A stretch of DNA of 64,000 nt from Sminthopsis crassicaudata. Taxonomy: Eukaryota. Under the pieces are notes generated by a model, which was not told the DNA's origin, searched no databases, and saw only the letters and a program-made list of their open reading frames with translations. A program made the position numbers and the translations under genes. The stretch is from NCBI RefSeq assembly GCF_048593235.1, contig NC_133620.1, positions 395,775,261 to 395,839,260 of the forward strand, in the 5' to 3' direction. Shown piece by piece: positions 60,349-64,000 of this stretch; within the stretch, counting starts at the first letter, position 1; every line of letters begins with the position of its first letter.

Positions 60349-63280
60349 GGCAGAGCCAAGATAGCGGAGAAGATACACACGAATTTCTAAGCTCCTTTCT
60401 TCCCTCACTAACAACTAGTTAAATCAGCCTCAAAAATAACGCTGGACTGATAAAAACCACAAGGATTATAAGCACAACTAACCAGCTGAAGAGAATCTGG
60501 AATTTCAACAGAAAAGGTTGGTTCTGAGGGGAGGAAAAAAAGATCACCACAGACAGGGTTAAGTGCTAGCATATTGTGCCAAACGGGCTGGAGAGAACTC
60601 TGGGATCAGAGAAGCCACTGAGATAGAGGAATCTGGCATAGGCTGAGAGCTCTACTCTGCTTATAAAACAGCAGATCAGAAGAGGAATCAAGCTACTTTA
60701 AAATATAAAGCCAAATCCTAGAACCACCCCAATCCGGAAGTGACCGAACACCAATCTCAGCATGGCTATGCAGCCGCCTTCTGCTGTCCAGGGCTTCTCC
60801 TTGGGGTAGTCAAGAACCTGAACAGCGGGGGACACAGCCCAGAGCAGCCTCTAATCCACATAGTGCGGGGGGCTCAGTCTGAGGCAGTGGAATTCTAGCA
60901 GCAGAGGAACTCCCAGAGCAGTGGAACCTCTGCAGCAGGGACCATGGTTTCCGGGCAGACATCCAGTTTGAACGCAGGGGCTTTTTGCGTCAGCTGCTAA
61001 TATCCACGGCCTCAAGGGAGGCTTTGGTCACTAGGCCACACAGTGGGGTTCCTCACTGGACACTCCTTGCAGCGCAGCCGTACTAACCACCTCTGTGGCA
61101 TTTCCGGGGAGGGGGGGAGGGGAACTCTCTCCCAGAGTTCTCTCTTAGTCCATTTACAGGATTGATGCATCTATCTGGTCTGGAAGGAAGCTGATAAATT
61201 TCTTACCCAAGGGCAGACTCCCCACAGAGAGTTAACAATGAGTAAGAAGCTGAAGAGAACGATTGACACCTTCTATACAGAGAAAGAGCAGGTATCCAAC
61301 CCCGAGGAGGCTAACAGCAGACAGTCTCCAGATAACACAGTAAAGGGGAATGATACCTGCCCCCCATCACATAACTCTCTCCTAGAAGAGACTATTAAAA
61401 AGTTAAGAGAGTTTGAAGAAAAATGGGGAAAGGAAATAGAAGCTATGATAGAGAATAACAACATCCTGAAATTTGAGTTGGAAAAAATAAAGAATTCACA
61501 GGAGGTGCAGGGAAACAAAATTTGTGAATTAGAAAAGGTTAAAAAAATCATAGGAAAGTAGGATTTCTGAATTGGAAAAGATAAAAAATTCCCAAGAAAG
61601 TAGGATTTGTGATTTGAAAAAAAGGAAATAACTCACTAAAAAAAAATTATTGAAATGGAAAAAATTCAACAGAGCAAAATAATTCATTTAAAAACTCAAT
61701 TGGACATATACAAAAAGAACTTTAAAAATGTGAATGAAGAAAATAACTCATTAAAAATCAGGACTGAACAAAGAGAAATGAATGATTCACTGAGAAACCA
61801 AGAATCAGTCAAACAAAACAAAACAAAAAAAAGAAAAGCTGGAGAATAACGTCAAATATTTACTAGGAAAATCTATAGACCTGGAAAATAGATCTAGGAG
61901 AGATAATCTGAGGATCATTGGACTTCCCGAAAACTATGATGAAAAAAAGAGCCTAGATTCTATTTTACAGGAAATCATCAAAGAGAACAGTCCAGAGATA
62001 ATAGAAACAGAAGGGAAAATAGGTGCTGAAAGAATTCATCAAACACCTTTTGAAAAAGACCCTTAAAAAAGAACTCCATGGAACATAGTGGCTAAAGTGC
62101 AGAACTATCAAACAAAGGAAAAAATATTGCAAGCAGTTAGGAAAAAATAATTCAAATATCAAAGTGCCACAATAAGGGTCACTCAAGATCTGGCTGCCTC
62201 CACATTAAAGGATTGAAGGGCCTGGAACCTGATATTCCAAAAGGCAAAAGAACAAGGATTGCAACCAAGAATAAACTACCAAGCTAAGTTTAGCATTTTC
62301 TTCCATGGAAGATGGTCATTTAATGAAACAGAGGAATTCCATTTGTTTCTAAGAAAAAAAACAGACTTAAACAAAAAATTTGTTCTATATCCACAAGACT
62401 CAAGAGAAGCAGAAAAAGGTAAAAAGAATTCTTGAGAACTGTATCTATGTTGTGGATATACAGAAAGTCCACATGGATAATTTGATTTTACTGATATAAC
62501 ATAAAAAAAGGGAAGTAGTAACGATAAGGGGACAGTTTCAGAAAAAGGAAAAGGAGAGACAGGAAACTACATCCCAGGAAGAGGCATAGAAAATCTACCA
62601 CATCTGAGGGAATTTAGAGACGAAGAGAAACATTGTGTGAATTTTACTCTCATCAGAGTAGGCTCTTTTTTGTTTTTCACCTCACTATAAGGGGGGAGAG
62701 GAAAAGGGGAAAGGAAAAGGGGAATAACGGAAGGGTACAAGAAAGGGGAAGGGACTTAAAAGGAGGGGGGAGGGATATTAAAAAGGGAGAGCTGCATGTC
62801 ACAAGTGGGTCCATAAATTAAATACTGGGGAAGGGGTTCAGGGGGAACAAGGGAAAAAAAAGCATAATCACAGGATAATATGATGGCAGGAAATACAGAA
62901 TTAGTAATATTAACTGTAAATGTGAATCGGATAAACTCTCCCATTAAACAGAGGCAGATAGCAGACTGGATCAAAAGTCAGAAGTAAACTGTTTACACTA
63001 CTGTCTTTCTACTCAGGTTACTTATACCTTCGGAATCCAATTCTTAATGTGCAACAAGAAAATTGGATTTACACACATATATTGTATCTAGGTTATACTG
63101 TAACACATTTAATATATGGGATTGCCTGTCATCTAGGGGAGGGAGTAGAGGGAGGGAGGGGAAAATTTGGAAAAATGACTACAAGGGATAATGTTGTAAA
63201 AAAAAAAAATTGCTCATACATATGTACTGTCAAAAAATTTATAATTATAAAATTAATTTTTAAAAAAAAGGAAAAAAAAA
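60349..63280 (+). mobile_element. LINE-1 with 5'UTR, decayed ORF1, 34 codons of ORF2, 3'UTR and A-tail (ORF2 almost entirely missing)
   Basis: Starts with ggcagagccaagatagcggagaag, a typical L1 5' end. ORF1 begins at 61238 with a coiled-coil. The ORF2 start MAGNTELVILTVNVNRINSPIKQRQIADWIKSQK* lies at 62883-62987. The 3'UTR has a G-rich tract and an A-tail. An acaattac repeat flanks both ends (60341-60348 and 63285-63292). Confidence 0.9.
61238..62420 (+). pseudogene. Decayed L1 ORF1p (frameshifts and stops)
   Basis: N-terminal ORF 61238-61561 (MSKKLKRTIDTFY...ELEK heptads). Downstream fragments encode DLENRSRRDNLRIIGLPE and IRVTQDLAASTL motifs typical of ORF1p. Confidence 0.85.
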
Positions 63281-64000
63281 TTAGACAATTACGAAGTAAG
63301 GACTTTTTTTCACCTTTTTTGTAAATCACCATTAAACCAATTCAAACGCTGCATGGCTCCAAATCAATTTATATATATAGTTGGCCAAATATGTGACATA
63401 AGTCCTTCTACTAAAAAGTCTGGAATGTTATTACCCAATTTATCATCCATCTAAATTTAATAATGGCTCCTATAATATTAAATAGGTTAAGAAAAAAAAT
63501 ATAAATATTATTTCAGAGTAAAATGATAATAAAAAATTATGCCAATTAATGTACCTGGTCTTTTTAGTTAATTAATCTATTAAAATTTAATGCAATTATT
63601 TTTAAAAATTAAACATTATTATATTGAGCAATCATCTCTGGTGGAAGAGGGTGTGGCGAATATGTGTATGTACTGCAGACTACAGGGAGATAAGAAACTC
63701 AGCATATTTTAATATTTGTTCAAATTGAGATTACCCCTAAAATTGTGTCAATTATGTAACATTGTCTTGCATAAGAGAAGTGGCATTAAAGAGAAACATA
63801 CTCTTGGAAATATATAAAAAGAAAAAGAGCTGTAATCTGTAGAGGAGAATACCCCCAATAGACCAGAAATCCACTAACTAAAACAGTCAAATGTTAAAAA
63901 ACTCAATTCAGCAACATTTAGTAAATCCCAAGGGACAACAACAGGGAAAATACAAAATACACCTCCCCACACAGCAGATGTGTTTTGAGTCAGAAAATTT

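Noticed and set aside
40790-64000. Next upstream AKT3 exon (RLGGGPDDAKEIMRH..DVYDKK)
   Set aside because: Not found by eye on the minus strand. It probably lies beyond the window, since the human intron is roughly 30 kb as recalled.

Overview
This is repeat-rich, AT-rich marsupial genomic DNA. The WSINE1/MAR1-type SINEs, the OC1-like hAT MITE and the L1 style suggest a dasyurid such as Tasmanian devil (inference). The draft assembly has six N gaps. The window covers the tail-to-tail junction of SDCCAG8 (+ strand; penultimate exon 14059-14185, last exon from 29429) and AKT3 (- strand; exons 40687-40789 and 35454-35539, plus a long 3'UTR). The best signal is at 29401-29467: the SDCCAG8 last coding exon, read on the opposite strand, has an intact splice acceptor and an open in-phase frame for the alternative AKT3 C-terminus that lacks Ser472. 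This makes it a candidate sense/antisense dual-coding exon conserved in a marsupial. The rest is intronic and holds L1, L2, CR1, MIR and RTE-SINE fossils, a solo LTR with a 6-bp TSD, an ORF2-deleted (HAL1-like) L1, a 38-bp minisatellite, a 76-bp palindrome and a perfect 225-bp duplication inside a shuffled L1 cluster. Almost all ORFs in the supplied track are spurious or transposon-derived. Comparisons with human and mouse sequences and repeat family names come from memory and were not searched.
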